Shown one piece after another: positions 9,200-19,482 of a stretch of 64,000 bases of DNA (the stretch's first letter is position 1; every line of letters starts with the position of its first letter). Source of the stretch: an uncultured Acidobacteriota bacterium (GTDB lineage: Bacteria > Acidobacteriota > Blastocatellia > RBC074); contig CAWCKY010000004.1 in the NCBI GenBank assembly GCA_963796275.1, forward strand, positions 768,001-832,000, given 5' to 3'. The notes below the pieces were generated by a model, which was given only the letters and a program-made list of their open reading frames with translations, was not told the origin of the DNA and made no database searches. A program made the translations under genes and the position numbers.

Positions 9200-11698
9200 T
9201 CATTCATGCCTGAGCGCGATCATCGGATCAACTCTCGTCGCCCGCCTTGCCGGGATCCAACAAGCCAACAATGCCACGAGCGCCAGCAGCGCGCCCACTC
9301 CCACAAATGTCAGCGGATCGCTCGAGCTGATGCCGTATAACAAGCTAGACAGGATGCGCGTCAAAGCCAGAGATCCCGCCAACCCGGCCACCATCCCCGC
9401 GATCACCAGGATAAGTCCCTGCCGGATCACCAACTTCAAAACATCTCGGCCCTGGGCTCCCAGCGCTATGCGGATGCCGATCTCTCGGGTGCGGCGGCTG
9501 ACCGCGTATGTCATCACGCTGTACAGCCCCATTGTCGCCAGAACCAGCACTAGCACGCCGAACGCCGTCCCCAGCCATGCGGCCAGCCGCGCCTCCCAAT
9601 ATGCATTTGCCAGATTCTGTTCGCCGATCTGCACTCCGAAGACCGGAACGCGCGGATCGAGCTGCGTGATCTCACGCCGCACGCCCGCGACCACTGATTT
9701 CGGTTCAGTACCGTCAGCAGCGTTGACGAGCAGCATCATCCGAAACTGATAACCTTCCTGGTCCTTGGGCAGGAAGAAGTAAGGGCGCGGACTCTCGTAG
9801 ATATTCTGGTAGCGCCCGTCTTTAGCGACGCCGACGATTTCGATCAGCGGAGGATTAGGCCCATGGTGGAAGCGTTTACCGAGCGCGTTCTGTTCATTGC
9901 CGTAAAGCCTGCGTGCGAATTCCTGATTGACTATCGCGACTCTGGGCGCACCGCCGTCATCTCGTTCGGTGAAATCGCGTCCCACCACGAGCTGCGTCCG
10001 CATCGTCTCGAAATATTTGGGAGCGATGACATTTGCCCAAGACGGCATCCCCTCATTCGACGGCAGATCACCTTCCCTGAAAATGGGGCCCCGCCATTGT
10101 TGGCCGTTGATGCCGAGAGGGATGTTGGAGACCAGCGAGGCTGAACGAACTCCGGGCTGGGACTCGACGCGACGCAACAGTTCATTGAAAAAACGCTTGC
10201 CTTCCGCCGCGCTGTAACCGAGCAGCCCAGGCCTGATATGCATACTGATCAGATTCTCGGCGCTGAAGCCGGGATCGACATTTTGTAATCGGATGAGGCT
10301 TCTGAGGAAGAGTCCGGCGCAAACCATTACGGTGATCGATATGGCGACCTGCGATATGACCAGCAGGTTGCGCAGATTCCAGCCGACCGCGTTGCTGTGC
10401 TGCAAATTACCCTGTCCTGAAGCAACTCCCTTCAACACGGAGACCAGATCGGTTCGCACTGCGATCAGAGCCGGCGCCAATCCGAAAATGACTCCGGTCA
10501 GCAGCGTGACGAGCAGCATCCATTTGAGAACGAACAGGTCCAGGCTGAAATTCAGATTGATCGGAGAAAAAAACGGTGGGAGCGAGGCTTGGATAAAATT
10601 GATTGCCCAGAGGGCGATCAAAAGCCCCAGCGTTCCACCCAGGCCAGCCAGCAACAAACTTTCAACGAGCAATTGCCGCACTATTCGCAGTCGCCCCGCG
10701 CCGATCGCCAGGCGAATGCCGATCTCCCGGCTGCGCGCCCCGGCTCGTGCCAGCAACAGATTGGCGATATTAGCGCAGGCAACCAGGAGAACGAGTCCGG
10801 CCACGGCCAGAGCGATCATTGAAGTGAACCGATAAGATCCGTAGTCGTCCCCCCATCGCCCCTGGGCATCAGTTACGACATTAACTTTCGTTTCCGCATT
10901 GGTATCAGGATAGATTCTTCCCAAATTTTCGGCGATGAGATTCAGATCTGCCTCAGCCTGTTTCATCGTCATACCGGGTTTGATCCGGCCGAGCAGGAAC
11001 AGGTTGCGGCACCCGCGTTTCGTCACACAATCCTCCGAGACGCCAAACCGCGTCTGCATCATCAGTGGAACCCAGAACGATATGCCGACGATAGAGTCCA
11101 CTCCCAGGAATCCCGGAGGAGCCACACCGATGATCGTGAAAGGGTGGCCGCTCAGATAAGTGGTTTTGCCGATGATAGTGGGATCAGAGTTGAAACGCCG
11201 CTGCCAGAGAGCATGCGCCAGCACGACGACGGGATGTGTGCCCTGGGTGCGGTCCTCTTCAGCCAGAAAAGTGCGGCCCATCGTGGCTTTGACTCCCAGC
11301 ACGTCGAAGTAATTGCCGCTGACGACCTCGCCCCAGACGGCCTCCGCCGGCCCGCCGCCGCTCACCTGCCGGCCAGCGCTGTCGCTGATCGCAGAGCTGT
11401 GCTGCTGTCTCGCCACCAATCCGGAAAGGACCCGGTTCTGTTCGCGTAAATCGATGTAATTGGGATACGAAAACACACCCCAAACTGCAGGATCTTTCCG
11501 GTTCCCGAAATACATCCGCACCACTTCTTCGGGAGCAGTTACGGGCAACGGTCGAAGGATATAGGCACTCACCGTGCTCAGAACTGCTGTGTTCGCGCCG
11601 ATGGCGAGCGCCAGTGTCAGCACAATTATCGATGTGCCCCCGGGGTTCTTGATCAATAATCGCGCGCCGTAGCGCAGGTCCTGCCATAGGGTGAGCAT
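9200..11698 (-). CDS. ADOP-family ABC transporter permease
   Basis: [15 protein letters not shown]...; [16 protein letters not shown]; PARRATRVDPMIALRHE; GAGGAGG RBS. Confidence 0.93.
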   Translation of the reverse strand: MLTLWQDLRYGARLLIKNPGGTSIIVLTLALAIGANTAVLSTVSAYILRPLPVTAPEEVVRMYFGNRKDPAVWGVFSYPNYIDLREQNRVLSGLVARQQHSSAISDSAGRQVSGGGPAEAVWGEVVSGNYFDVLGVKATMGRTFLAEEDRTQGTHPVVVLAHALWQRRFNSDPTIIGKTTYLSGHPFTIIGVAPPGFLGVDSIVGISFWVPLMMQTRFGVSEDCVTKRGCRNLFLLGRIKPGMTMKQAEADLNLIAENLGRIYPDTNAETKVNVVTDAQGRWGDDYGSYRFTSMIALAVAGLVLLVACANIANLLLARAGARSREIGIRLAIGAGRLRIVRQLLVESLLLAGLGGTLGLLIALWAINFIQASLPPFFSPINLNFSLDLFVLKWMLLVTLLTGVIFGLAPALIAVRTDLVSVLKGVASGQGNLQHSNAVGWNLRNLLVISQVAISITVMVCAGLFLRSLIRLQNVDPGFSAENLISMHIRPGLLGYSAAEGKRFFNELLRRVESQPGVRSASLVSNIPLGINGQQWRGPIFREGDLPSNEGMPSWANVIAPKYFETMRTQLVVGRDFTERDDGGAPRVAIVNQEFARRLYGNEQNALGKRFHHGPNPPLIEIVGVAKDGRYQNIYESPRPYFFLPKDQEGYQFRMMLLVNAADGTEPKSVVAGVRREITQLDPRVPVFGVQIGEQNLANAYWEARLAAWLGTAFGVLVLVLATMGLYSVMTYAVSRRTREIGIRIALGAQGRDVLKLVIRQGLILVIAGMVAGLAGSLALTRILSSLLYGISSSDPLTFVGVGALLALVALLACWIPARRATRVDPMIALRHE

Positions 11699-11715
11699 TG
11701 TTCCTCCTCAGAAGA

Positions 11716-11833
11716 TAGTTTTTAGTTTTTAGTTCAGTTTTCAGTTTTTAGTTGGGCTGTCTTGATCGGAAACTGAAAATGAACTGAAAACTAACTGCTA
11801 AAAACTAAAAACTGAAAACTGAACTAAAAACTA
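11716..11833. repeat. Heptamer (TTTTYAG/CTRAAAA) inverted-repeat hairpin with conserved core
   Basis: (tttttag/ttttcag)n - gttgggctgtcttgatcgg - (ctgaaaa/ctaaaaa)n; fills the gap from the PhyH stop codon to the permease RBS. Confidence 0.85.
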
Positions 11834-12661
11834 TTCTGGACGCGAAGCGTTTGCCCAGTGATGATCGACATCCGCGCCGCTCACGACCACGCCTTTAACA
11901 TCCCAACCGAGAGAGGCGCGAACTTCGGCCGCGCAATAACGCAGCGTCAACCCGCACCGCCGCCGATCCGAGTCGTTTGCCTCCGAGCCGTGCAGCAACA
12001 GATCGCTATGGAGCGATATCTCACCGGCGCGCAAAACGTTGTCTACCGGCGCGCCGATTGCGAGCGGGTCAACGGCGGTGTGGTCGAGCACGTTATCCTC
12101 GCTCTCCACGCTCGGCGTGTGCGGCAGCGGCCCGCGCAGGTGCGATCCGGGAATAAAGCGCATGCAGGCGTTCTCCGTATCGGCGTCATCGATCGCCAGC
12201 CAGACTGTCACGGTCTTCGAGGGCGTGAGCGGCCAGTAGATCGCGTCCTGATGCCATGACACGGCCTTGCCGTCGCGCGGCATCTTGCAAAAATAGTGCG
12301 AGCCCCAGCCGATGACGTTCTCACCCAGCAAGTCTTTGACATAGCCGACGATGCGCGGAAGCGTCAAAAGATCGTAAACAGCGCCGTATTTCAGATGAGC
12401 TGTGCTGATCGAATAACTGCTGCCTCCTTCAGCCAGGACGCCAGTAAGGATCGCGTCAAAATAGCGCCGGTGTTCGGCCATCTCGTCTTCTTTGAAGATG
12501 CGAAACCCGCTCAAGTAGCCGTCGCGGTTGAAGCCGGCTATCTCGGCAGAAGTGAGCCGCTGCGGGTTTGCGTTCTCGCAGGGGTGAAAGCGCAGATCGC
12601 GAGCGACTGTGCTCAGTTCTTCACTCTTCGGTGTGAGTCTGATAGTTGGTGATTTGCTCAT
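11831..12661 (-). CDS. Phytanoyl-CoA dioxygenase (PhyH) family Fe(II)/2OG dioxygenase
   Basis: WHQD...VWLAIDDA..NACMRFIPGSH...LLHGS..N.S...R facial-triad motifs. Confidence 0.88.
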   Translation of the reverse strand: MSKSPTIRLTPKSEELSTVARDLRFHPCENANPQRLTSAEIAGFNRDGYLSGFRIFKEDEMAEHRRYFDAILTGVLAEGGSSYSISTAHLKYGAVYDLLTLPRIVGYVKDLLGENVIGWGSHYFCKMPRDGKAVSWHQDAIYWPLTPSKTVTVWLAIDDADTENACMRFIPGSHLRGPLPHTPSVESEDNVLDHTAVDPLAIGAPVDNVLRAGEISLHSDLLLHGSEANDSDRRRCGLTLRYCAAEVRASLGWDVKGVVVSGADVDHHWANASRPE

Positions 12662-12720
12662 TTCGGATTTCTTACGGATTGCTCAGCCAGATTACGGCAT
12701 TGAGTAATAAACGCAACCTC

Positions 12721-12886
12721 CCAAATCCCACCGACGGAAGTCGGTGGATCGTTAAGTCCCAACCTACATCCAACCGATCCTCTTCTCGCCAAATCCCACC
12801 GACGACAGTCGTGGATCGTTAAGGTACAGCCTTCACCGCCTCGCAGGCCGGGCTCTAAATATCCCACCGACGGCAGTGTATGGGAT
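12721..12886. repeat. Three REP-like palindromic units
   Basis: aaatcccaccgacg(g/a)..gtcg(g)tggatcgttaag at 12723 and 12791; degenerate atcccaccgacggcagt at 12861; GTAG on the minus strand of the first unit. Confidence 0.75.
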
Positions 12887-13035
12887 ATAAGTTTGTTCCA
12901 AAAGTGATAGAAAGACCTGTTTCCGATGATTCAATGAACCCGCAAATTACGGCGATGAAAATGTTCTTCTTGCTCTACCAGGATCTAAGACCGTATTATT
13001 TTCTGCTCAATCAACAAGAACAAGAAGGGGAAGGA

Positions 13036-14064
13036 ATGACGAATAAAAAAATAAATAAAGTTATGAAACTGCGCCGCCTCGGTCGCAGCGGCCCCGAGGT
13101 GCCGGCGATCGGCCTGGGTTGCATGGGAATGTCCGATTTTTACGGTCCGGCGGACGAGATGGAGAGCATCGCGACGATCCACGCCTCGCTGGATGCAGGA
13201 ATCACGCTGCTCGACACGGGCGATTTCTACGGCATGGGGCACAACGAATTGCTGATCCGCGAGGCGCTGAAAGGCCGGACCCGCGAGCAGGTCATCCTCA
13301 GCGTCAAATTCGGCGCACAGCGCGCACCTGACCGTTCGTTCATAGGCCTGGATAATCGCCCAGCTTCCGTCAAAAACTACCTGGCCTACACGCTGCAGCG
13401 CTTGGGTACGGACTATGTCGACATCTATCGACCCGCGCGTGTCGATCCAAACGTACCTATTGAAGATACAGTTGGAGCCGTCGCCGATATGATCAAGGCA
13501 GGATACGTCAGATATCTCGGTCTTTCCGAAGCCGGCGCGGATACGATCAGGCGCGCTCACGCGACGCATCCGGTGGTCGATCTGCAGATCGAATACTCGC
13601 TGATCAGCCGCGACGTGGAGGGTCAGATCATCCCCACCTTGCGCGAGCTCGGGATCGGGTTGACCGCTTACGGCGTATTGTCGCGAGGCCTGTTGAGCGA
13701 AGGAGCTGCGCAGGGCGGCTCGGCCAGCGGTTTTCGCGCACACCTGCCACGATTCCAGGGAGAGAACCTGGCGCGTAACTTAAAATTGGTGGAAGCCCTG
13801 CGCATCATCGCCGCGCAAAAGAATGCAACTGTGCCGCAACTCGCCATCGCATGGGCGCTCTCTCGCGGCGAGGATATCGTTCCGCTGATAGGCGCGCGGC
13901 GCCGCGAGCGACTGGCTGAAGCGCTGGGCGCGTTAAGCATCGAACTTACGCCGGACGATCTCGGTCGAATCGAAGCCGCCGTGCCGCCGGGCGCGGTGGC
14001 CGGCGACCGTTATTCGGCCGAACAGATGGCGATGCTCGACAGTGAGCGCAGAGCCGCAAACTGA
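13036..14064 (+). CDS. Aldo/keto reductase
   Basis: IGLGCMGMS, LDTGDFYG, SVKFG, YLGLSE, LQIEYSL motifs; start at 13036 (GGAAGGA RBS) or 13063. Confidence 0.92.
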   Translation: MTNKKINKVMKLRRLGRSGPEVPAIGLGCMGMSDFYGPADEMESIATIHASLDAGITLLDTGDFYGMGHNELLIREALKGRTREQVILSVKFGAQRAPDRSFIGLDNRPASVKNYLAYTLQRLGTDYVDIYRPARVDPNVPIEDTVGAVADMIKAGYVRYLGLSEAGADTIRRAHATHPVVDLQIEYSLISRDVEGQIIPTLRELGIGLTAYGVLSRGLLSEGAAQGGSASGFRAHLPRFQGENLARNLKLVEALRIIAAQKNATVPQLAIAWALSRGEDIVPLIGARRRERLAEALGALSIELTPDDLGRIEAAVPPGAVAGDRYSAEQMAMLDSERRAAN

Positions 14065-14092
14065 TCCCAAAGTTCGTCACAGTTCAATTTTC

Positions 14093-14605
14093 TTGCGTTA
14101 TGGTGTTCGAATATTGCTCAAGATAGTCCGGAAGTTACAGTTATCGCGATACTGATCCTGGCCTTGGGATCAACTCAAATTCGATAATACTAATCAGCGA
14201 ATCGATTTGGCATCAGCGATTGGTGGAATATGTGTTAACCGTTTTAGGTTTGGCTGCCGTCATTCATCGCGGTCATGGGGGCTATGGTATTATCAGTTAT
14301 CTGGTCGATAGCCAGAAGCATAAGATTGGGGTGCAAGTCGCCCTGGCCACTACGCGCGGCAACATCACCAGAACGGTTATGATCGAAGGTCTTTGTCCAA
14401 CCCTGGCAGGTATCGGTTGGGAATAGCTGGAGCTCTCGCTCTGACCAGCGTCCGCTCCGGCCTTCATTACAGTATCGATAAGATGAACCCTGATCCGATT
14501 GTAGTCAGCACAGCATTGCTTGCCGGAATCTCGCTGCTGGCTTGTTTCACGCCAGCGCGACCAGAGGACACAGAAGCCACGATAGCGTCATTACGACATG
14601 ACTAA
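14093..14605 (+). pseudogene. Degenerate, internally deleted ADOP permease
   Basis: LRYGVRILLK/SPEVTVIAILILALG (family N-terminus) joined within ~100 nt to ISESIWHQRL...GYGIISY..IGVQVAL...LLACFTPAR...ASLRHD (C-terminus); several frameshifts. Confidence 0.75.
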
Positions 14606-14678
14606 GCGTGTATCGTTTCTTTAATTCACATCCGGCTCAAACTGATCTATATAATTCCTGAAATGGAGCGATAGATAG

Positions 14679-16325
14679 ATGGATAAAAACAGAATGAAAC
14701 ATCGAGTCATTATATTATCGGCCATTCTCATTTGTGCGTTTCTTCCGTTGCATACTGTGGTCAGTGCCCAGGAAGAGGCGGCGAGGAAAAAGATAATCGA
14801 TCAATATCAGAAGGCGATCGATATTATCCGTGAAAAATACGTTGACCAACTTGATGACGAGGCATTAACCACCTCATCGGTTCAGGGCATGCTCAAATCA
14901 CTCGATCCTCATTCTGATTACTTAGACAGCAAGAGCTTCAAGCGGTTCATGGAAACCCAGAATAGCGGGTATTACGGCATCGGCTCCTCCGTTAGGACGA
15001 TCAATCAGGCGACTTATGTTACTGAGCCCTTCAAAGGCAGTCCCGCATCCGGGGCCGGATTTCGCTATGGAGATCAGATCGTCGCCGTTGACGGCAAAGA
15101 CACCTCGACGTTGAGATCGGATCGCGTTCGTGATTTGTTGCGTGGGCCGCGCGGCACACAGGTGACGGTAACCGTGAAACGGCTCGGAGTTGCTGAACCT
15201 CTGACCGCGAAAATCACGCGCGATGATATTTGGCAGCCCTCAATCCCAAGTTTTTACCTGATCAAACCAAACATCGGCTACATCGGCCTGACGCGCGGCT
15301 TTCAATCCACAACGAACGAAGAGCTGGAGAAAGCGATGGCGATTCTTAGTAAGAAAGGAGCGGATCGTTTTATCCTCGACCTGCGCCAGAACAGAGGCGG
15401 TTACCTGGATCAGGCAATCCGCGTCTGCGATCAGTTCTTGCAACGAGGTCAGACTATCGTCTCAATCCGTGGACGCAACAGAAGCGAAAAGAATCAAACC
15501 GCCATCGCGGAGAATGGGACGACGGAAAATTTCCCGCTCGTCGTGATGATAGATCGATCTTCGGCATCTGCTTCGGAGATCGTCGCCGGAGCAATTCAAG
15601 ATCACGACCGTGGGCTGATTGTGGGCGAATCAAGCTTCGGTAAAGGACTCGTGCAAACTATCCACCGGCTGGCCAGCGGTGGCGGTCTTATACTGACGAG
15701 CGCCCATTACTATACCCCGAGCGGCCGTCTCATTCAGCGCGATTACTCGAAGGGCTCACTCTTCGATTATTACTATCGGCGCAATGCCGATGATAGTGAG
15801 CAAAATGCGCCAAATCGATCCGCTGACATGAAAAAGACCGATCTCGGCCGCACCGTCTACGGCGGCGGCGGTATTGAACCTGACATCAAAGTCGATAACG
15901 CGCCTCCGATTACACCGACGCAAGGCCGTTTGTACCAAGCTCTGTGCCTATTCGTACGCGAATTAGTCTCGGGTCAACTGGCAGGTTATCAGCAGTTCAA
16001 GATCAACGGCATCACCTACGACTATGAGATGAATGGAAACGAGTACATAGTCAACGATGATTTGCTGAAACGCTATCGCGATTACGCAGTCGATTTTTAC
16101 AAGAAGAATCCCGACTACTACATCACAACGGCAATGGTCGACCAAAATTTGGACTGGCAGCGTGACCGTATTCGGGAGGAGGTTTTATTGGCCGCTTACG
16201 GCAGCGATCGAGCGGAACAAGGGATGGCGTACCTGGATATTCAATTACAACGCGCGATATCTGAGATGCCGAGGGCCGCGGATATAGCAGTCCGATTCCG
16301 ACGTCGCGACACCAGACAAAGATAG
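14679..16325 (+). CDS. ctpA: S41 family carboxyl-terminal processing protease with PDZ domain
   Basis: LDPHS, YYGIG, PDZ region, [34 protein letters not shown]. Confidence 0.92.
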   Translation: MDKNRMKHRVIILSAILICAFLPLHTVVSAQEEAARKKIIDQYQKAIDIIREKYVDQLDDEALTTSSVQGMLKSLDPHSDYLDSKSFKRFMETQNSGYYGIGSSVRTINQATYVTEPFKGSPASGAGFRYGDQIVAVDGKDTSTLRSDRVRDLLRGPRGTQVTVTVKRLGVAEPLTAKITRDDIWQPSIPSFYLIKPNIGYIGLTRGFQSTTNEELEKAMAILSKKGADRFILDLRQNRGGYLDQAIRVCDQFLQRGQTIVSIRGRNRSEKNQTAIAENGTTENFPLVVMIDRSSASASEIVAGAIQDHDRGLIVGESSFGKGLVQTIHRLASGGGLILTSAHYYTPSGRLIQRDYSKGSLFDYYYRRNADDSEQNAPNRSADMKKTDLGRTVYGGGGIEPDIKVDNAPPITPTQGRLYQALCLFVRELVSGQLAGYQQFKINGITYDYEMNGNEYIVNDDLLKRYRDYAVDFYKKNPDYYITTAMVDQNLDWQRDRIREEVLLAAYGSDRAEQGMAYLDIQLQRAISEMPRAADIAVRFRRRDTRQR

Positions 16326-16376
16326 GATATGAGGCTTCCTCCTGTTGCTAGACGACTACTGAAACAATGCCAAATG

Positions 16377-16409
16377 CTAGGACAGGGTGTTATAGGGACC
16401 CTGTTCTAG
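16377..16409. terminator. Hairpin between convergent genes
   Basis: ctaggacagggt...accctgttctag. Confidence 0.5.
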
Positions 16410-16434
16410 TTATTTCGCATTTCAAATGATGTCT

Positions 16435-19400
16435 TCATCTGATCCTTTCCGCGTTTACGCGGGACCTCCTGACTACCATTTCGAGACCCGTCGCTTCCCC
16501 TTTGTCGTCCATAACGAACGTCAAATCCACATCTCTGAGTTTCAGGAAGAAGGACTTCTCCGATTGCGCGAAGAGTTCGGCTTTCGGGTCACCGGTGGAT
16601 TGAAAAAAAAACCTCTCGCCATCTCTGCTGATCGTGATCACCCGGCCCGGCTCGATCTCGTATTGCCCCAGGTATTTTTCGATAACCTTGGGATCGAGCT
16701 TGATCTCCTTGCGCGCCGCAGCGAGGCGCTCATCCAACCAGCGGCTGATGAAAGTGTGAGTTGCCCGCTCGGCCTCGTAACGATAATCTCCCGTCCGTTT
16801 GGCCATCTGTTCGATCTCGGCCTCGAATTGATCATTCGTCTGCGACCAGCGCGGATCGGGCATCGTACGGCCCAGCATATCTTCAAAAACAAAGATCCGC
16901 AGAAAACTGACGGCAAACGCCGATGAGATGGCACTGCCGCCGCCGAGCCCCGGGGCAGCCGCGCTCAGACCATCGCTGTTGGCCAGCAGCAGAAAGGTGA
17001 TCTTCTTCTCCGGGATCTTAAGATATAGAGCGGAAAACGAATCAGGCCAGTACCCATAATGCCAGATCAGTCTCAACCCTTTATATTGTTGACTGAACCA
17101 GCCCAACCCATAAGGCAGTGACTTACCGCTGGTCGACTCCGCGGGCGTCCAGGCGCGCTCCTGCGTTTCGGCCTTGATAAAAGCGTGACGATCGATAGCC
17201 GCATCGTACTTCGCCAAATCGAGCACGTTTGAAACCAGCCCGGCCGAAGCGCTGAGTCTCCTCGAAGGATAAGTCGTCTGGACCACTTCTTTACCGTACA
17301 GCCGATACGGCTTCGACAGTTTCGCGAGCCCGCCTTCGTATCGTCCGCCGTGTTCGGCATCGAGGAAGGCCCACCACTTGCCGCGATCGTCCAGGATGTC
17401 CTGCCCCGGCACCGTCGAAGACATCTCGACCTTGTCGAGGATGTTTCTGACCACCAGCTCACGCATGGATTTGCCCGAGACCTTCTCGATAACGTCCGTC
17501 AGATAAAAGAACCGGCCGCCGTCGTACCTATAATTTTCGCCCGGCGTATCGTGCGATGTGTGCGTGAAGACGTGCCTGACTTTGATCGAATCGTTCTTGA
17601 ACCTGGTCTGAAACTCGGGCGAGAACTTCGACATGGGTTCGTCGAGATCGAGTTTTCCCTGCTCGACGAGCTGCATTAGGACGGTCGACGCGAATGTCTT
17701 GGTGAGCGAAGCGATGCGGAAGTTCGTCTCCGGAGTAACTTGAGTCTGCTTCTCCAGATCGGCATGACCGAAGCCTTTCGCCCAGACCACCGTGTTCTCT
17801 CTGACGATCGCTGCCGAGAGGCCGGGAATCTGCAGCTTCACGCGCAACTCTTCGAGCTGTCTTTCGAAGCGCGCTGTCCGTTCCCCGTCTTTCTCTGCTT
17901 TTTGCGGTACCGCAGGAGGCCGCTTCCATTCCATGACCGCTCGTTGGTTCCGCAACTTTTCAGTGAGCGCCGCCCCATCGATCACCTGCACCGGCGACTT
18001 GTTTTCGATCGCCATTTTCGCCGCGACGCCCGCAGCCTGCCCGAGGATCATGTATACCGGTTCCATGCGAAGAGTCGAATAGGTCACGTGACTCGCCGAG
18101 AAACAGACGGGCACCAGCAGATTCCCAGCTTCGGTCTCTTTGGGCAACAGGATGCGGTACGGTATCTGATATGGCGTGACCGGCACTTCCATATTCCCCT
18201 CATTCTGCGCAACGCCATCGGGCGTGACATAGCGCTGAACATTGTGCGAATCGCTGTTGTACGAGCCCATCCCGATCGCGTCGGGTTTCATCAGTTCGCT
18301 CTGAATGTCTTTCTGAGTCATGACGAAATCGCCGACCATCCGGCGCGCTTCGCGAATGTAGAGCTGATAGGGCCAATTGTCGTTGTCTGCGAATTCATCT
18401 TTTACGGGACCATACTCCTTCAACTCATCCTGAGTCTGCGTCGGTACGCGCGGATCGGTCGCGAGGAAATATAGAAGGCCTTTCGTGTAATTGACGTGAT
18501 CCTGCCAGATTTCAGCTCGGCGCTTGTAACTCGCGTTCGGATAATCCCAGCTCTTTCCGATGTAATCGGTCGAGAAAGGGCCGTTATTATTGACGTCGAA
18601 TTTGTCCCTGGCGATTGCCCGCGGCGCCAGTATCTCGCCAACGCGCGGCGGCCTGCCTTTTACTTTTTGAAATTCGGCCAGGAAACGCGCCAGCAGTTCA
18701 AATCGCTTAGGATCGTAGTTGGACGGTTTCGCGAACGGCAGGCGGTTGTTCGCGCCCTTTGTGAAGATCATGCGAAAGTTGTATGCCTGAACCCTGCGAT
18801 CGCCCGCGCCGATCTCGCCCGGCGGCTCTTTCTGTACCTCGGACAGGAGCTTTTTCTTATCGTCATAAGCCGAGACGGGAAAATCGAATTGATGATTCTT
18901 ATCCTTCGGCCGAACGCCCGCTAGCGATTCGTTGTACTGGCTCGTTGATTCGCGCCCCCACGTGTAGGAGATGCCGGCTTGCGCCATCATATCGCCTTCA
19001 TAGGTCGAATCGACGAAAATCTCGCCGCGAAACCGCGCATCATTTTCCATCTGAAGTTCGGTTATCAGCATTCCCTGCTTCTTCACGCCGCCCTTCTCCT
19101 TCAAACGATGCCGCAGGAAAACCGAGATGGTCTTCGCCTCGGTTATCATTTCATTCAGGACTTTTTCGGCGATGTGAGGTTCGGGATACCACTCTATCTC
19201 TTTGCCGTAATGCTTGCCGAGCCGCTCGTAAAACTCGCGCGCATATCCCCCGATGGTCTCTTTCTTGCCGTGATCGGTCATGCTCAGACCGCCGGTCACC
19301 ATTCCGCCGAGATGCGCGGTCGGCTCGAGCAGAGCGACCTTCAGCCCTTCTCGCGCGGCCGAGACGGCGGTGATTACTCCGCCCGCGGTGCCTCCGTAAA

Positions 19401-19482
19401 TGACCACGTCAAATTTGGCGGATCGCTCTTGTGATGTAACGGTAAGAATGAATAGGAGTAGAGGAAATATTGACCAACGCAT
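16435..19482 (-). CDS. Secreted fusion: FAD-dependent oxidoreductase + beta-lactamase-like serine hydrolase + DUF3471-like C-terminal domain
   Basis: Signal peptide MRWSIFPLLL after GGAG; DVVIYGGTAGG Rossmann motif; DSTYEGD; YIREARR; RMEP; then IPGLSAAIV, FRIASLTK (SxxK), WHYG; C-terminal YLGQYE...LFAQSE. Confidence 0.85.
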   Translation of the reverse strand: MRWSIFPLLLFILTVTSQERSAKFDVVIYGGTAGGVITAVSAAREGLKVALLEPTAHLGGMVTGGLSMTDHGKKETIGGYAREFYERLGKHYGKEIEWYPEPHIAEKVLNEMITEAKTISVFLRHRLKEKGGVKKQGMLITELQMENDARFRGEIFVDSTYEGDMMAQAGISYTWGRESTSQYNESLAGVRPKDKNHQFDFPVSAYDDKKKLLSEVQKEPPGEIGAGDRRVQAYNFRMIFTKGANNRLPFAKPSNYDPKRFELLARFLAEFQKVKGRPPRVGEILAPRAIARDKFDVNNNGPFSTDYIGKSWDYPNASYKRRAEIWQDHVNYTKGLLYFLATDPRVPTQTQDELKEYGPVKDEFADNDNWPYQLYIREARRMVGDFVMTQKDIQSELMKPDAIGMGSYNSDSHNVQRYVTPDGVAQNEGNMEVPVTPYQIPYRILLPKETEAGNLLVPVCFSASHVTYSTLRMEPVYMILGQAAGVAAKMAIENKSPVQVIDGAALTEKLRNQRAVMEWKRPPAVPQKAEKDGERTARFERQLEELRVKLQIPGLSAAIVRENTVVWAKGFGHADLEKQTQVTPETNFRIASLTKTFASTVLMQLVEQGKLDLDEPMSKFSPEFQTRFKNDSIKVRHVFTHTSHDTPGENYRYDGGRFFYLTDVIEKVSGKSMRELVVRNILDKVEMSSTVPGQDILDDRGKWWAFLDAEHGGRYEGGLAKLSKPYRLYGKEVVQTTYPSRRLSASAGLVSNVLDLAKYDAAIDRHAFIKAETQERAWTPAESTSGKSLPYGLGWFSQQYKGLRLIWHYGYWPDSFSALYLKIPEKKITFLLLANSDGLSAAAPGLGGGSAISSAFAVSFLRIFVFEDMLGRTMPDPRWSQTNDQFEAEIEQMAKRTGDYRYEAERATHTFISRWLDERLAAARKEIKLDPKVIEKYLGQYEIEPGRVITISRDGERFFFQSTGDPKAELFAQSEKSFFLKLRDVDLTFVMDDKGEATGLEMVVRRSRVNAERIR

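Noticed and set aside
12721-12886. Possible mini CRISPR array
   Set aside because: Only 2-3 degenerate palindromic units, no cas genes, and a REP-like structure.
12880-13035. N-terminal extension of the aldo/keto reductase in the ORF track
   Set aside because: It starts inside a repeat; the family-like sequence and SD begin at 13036/13063.
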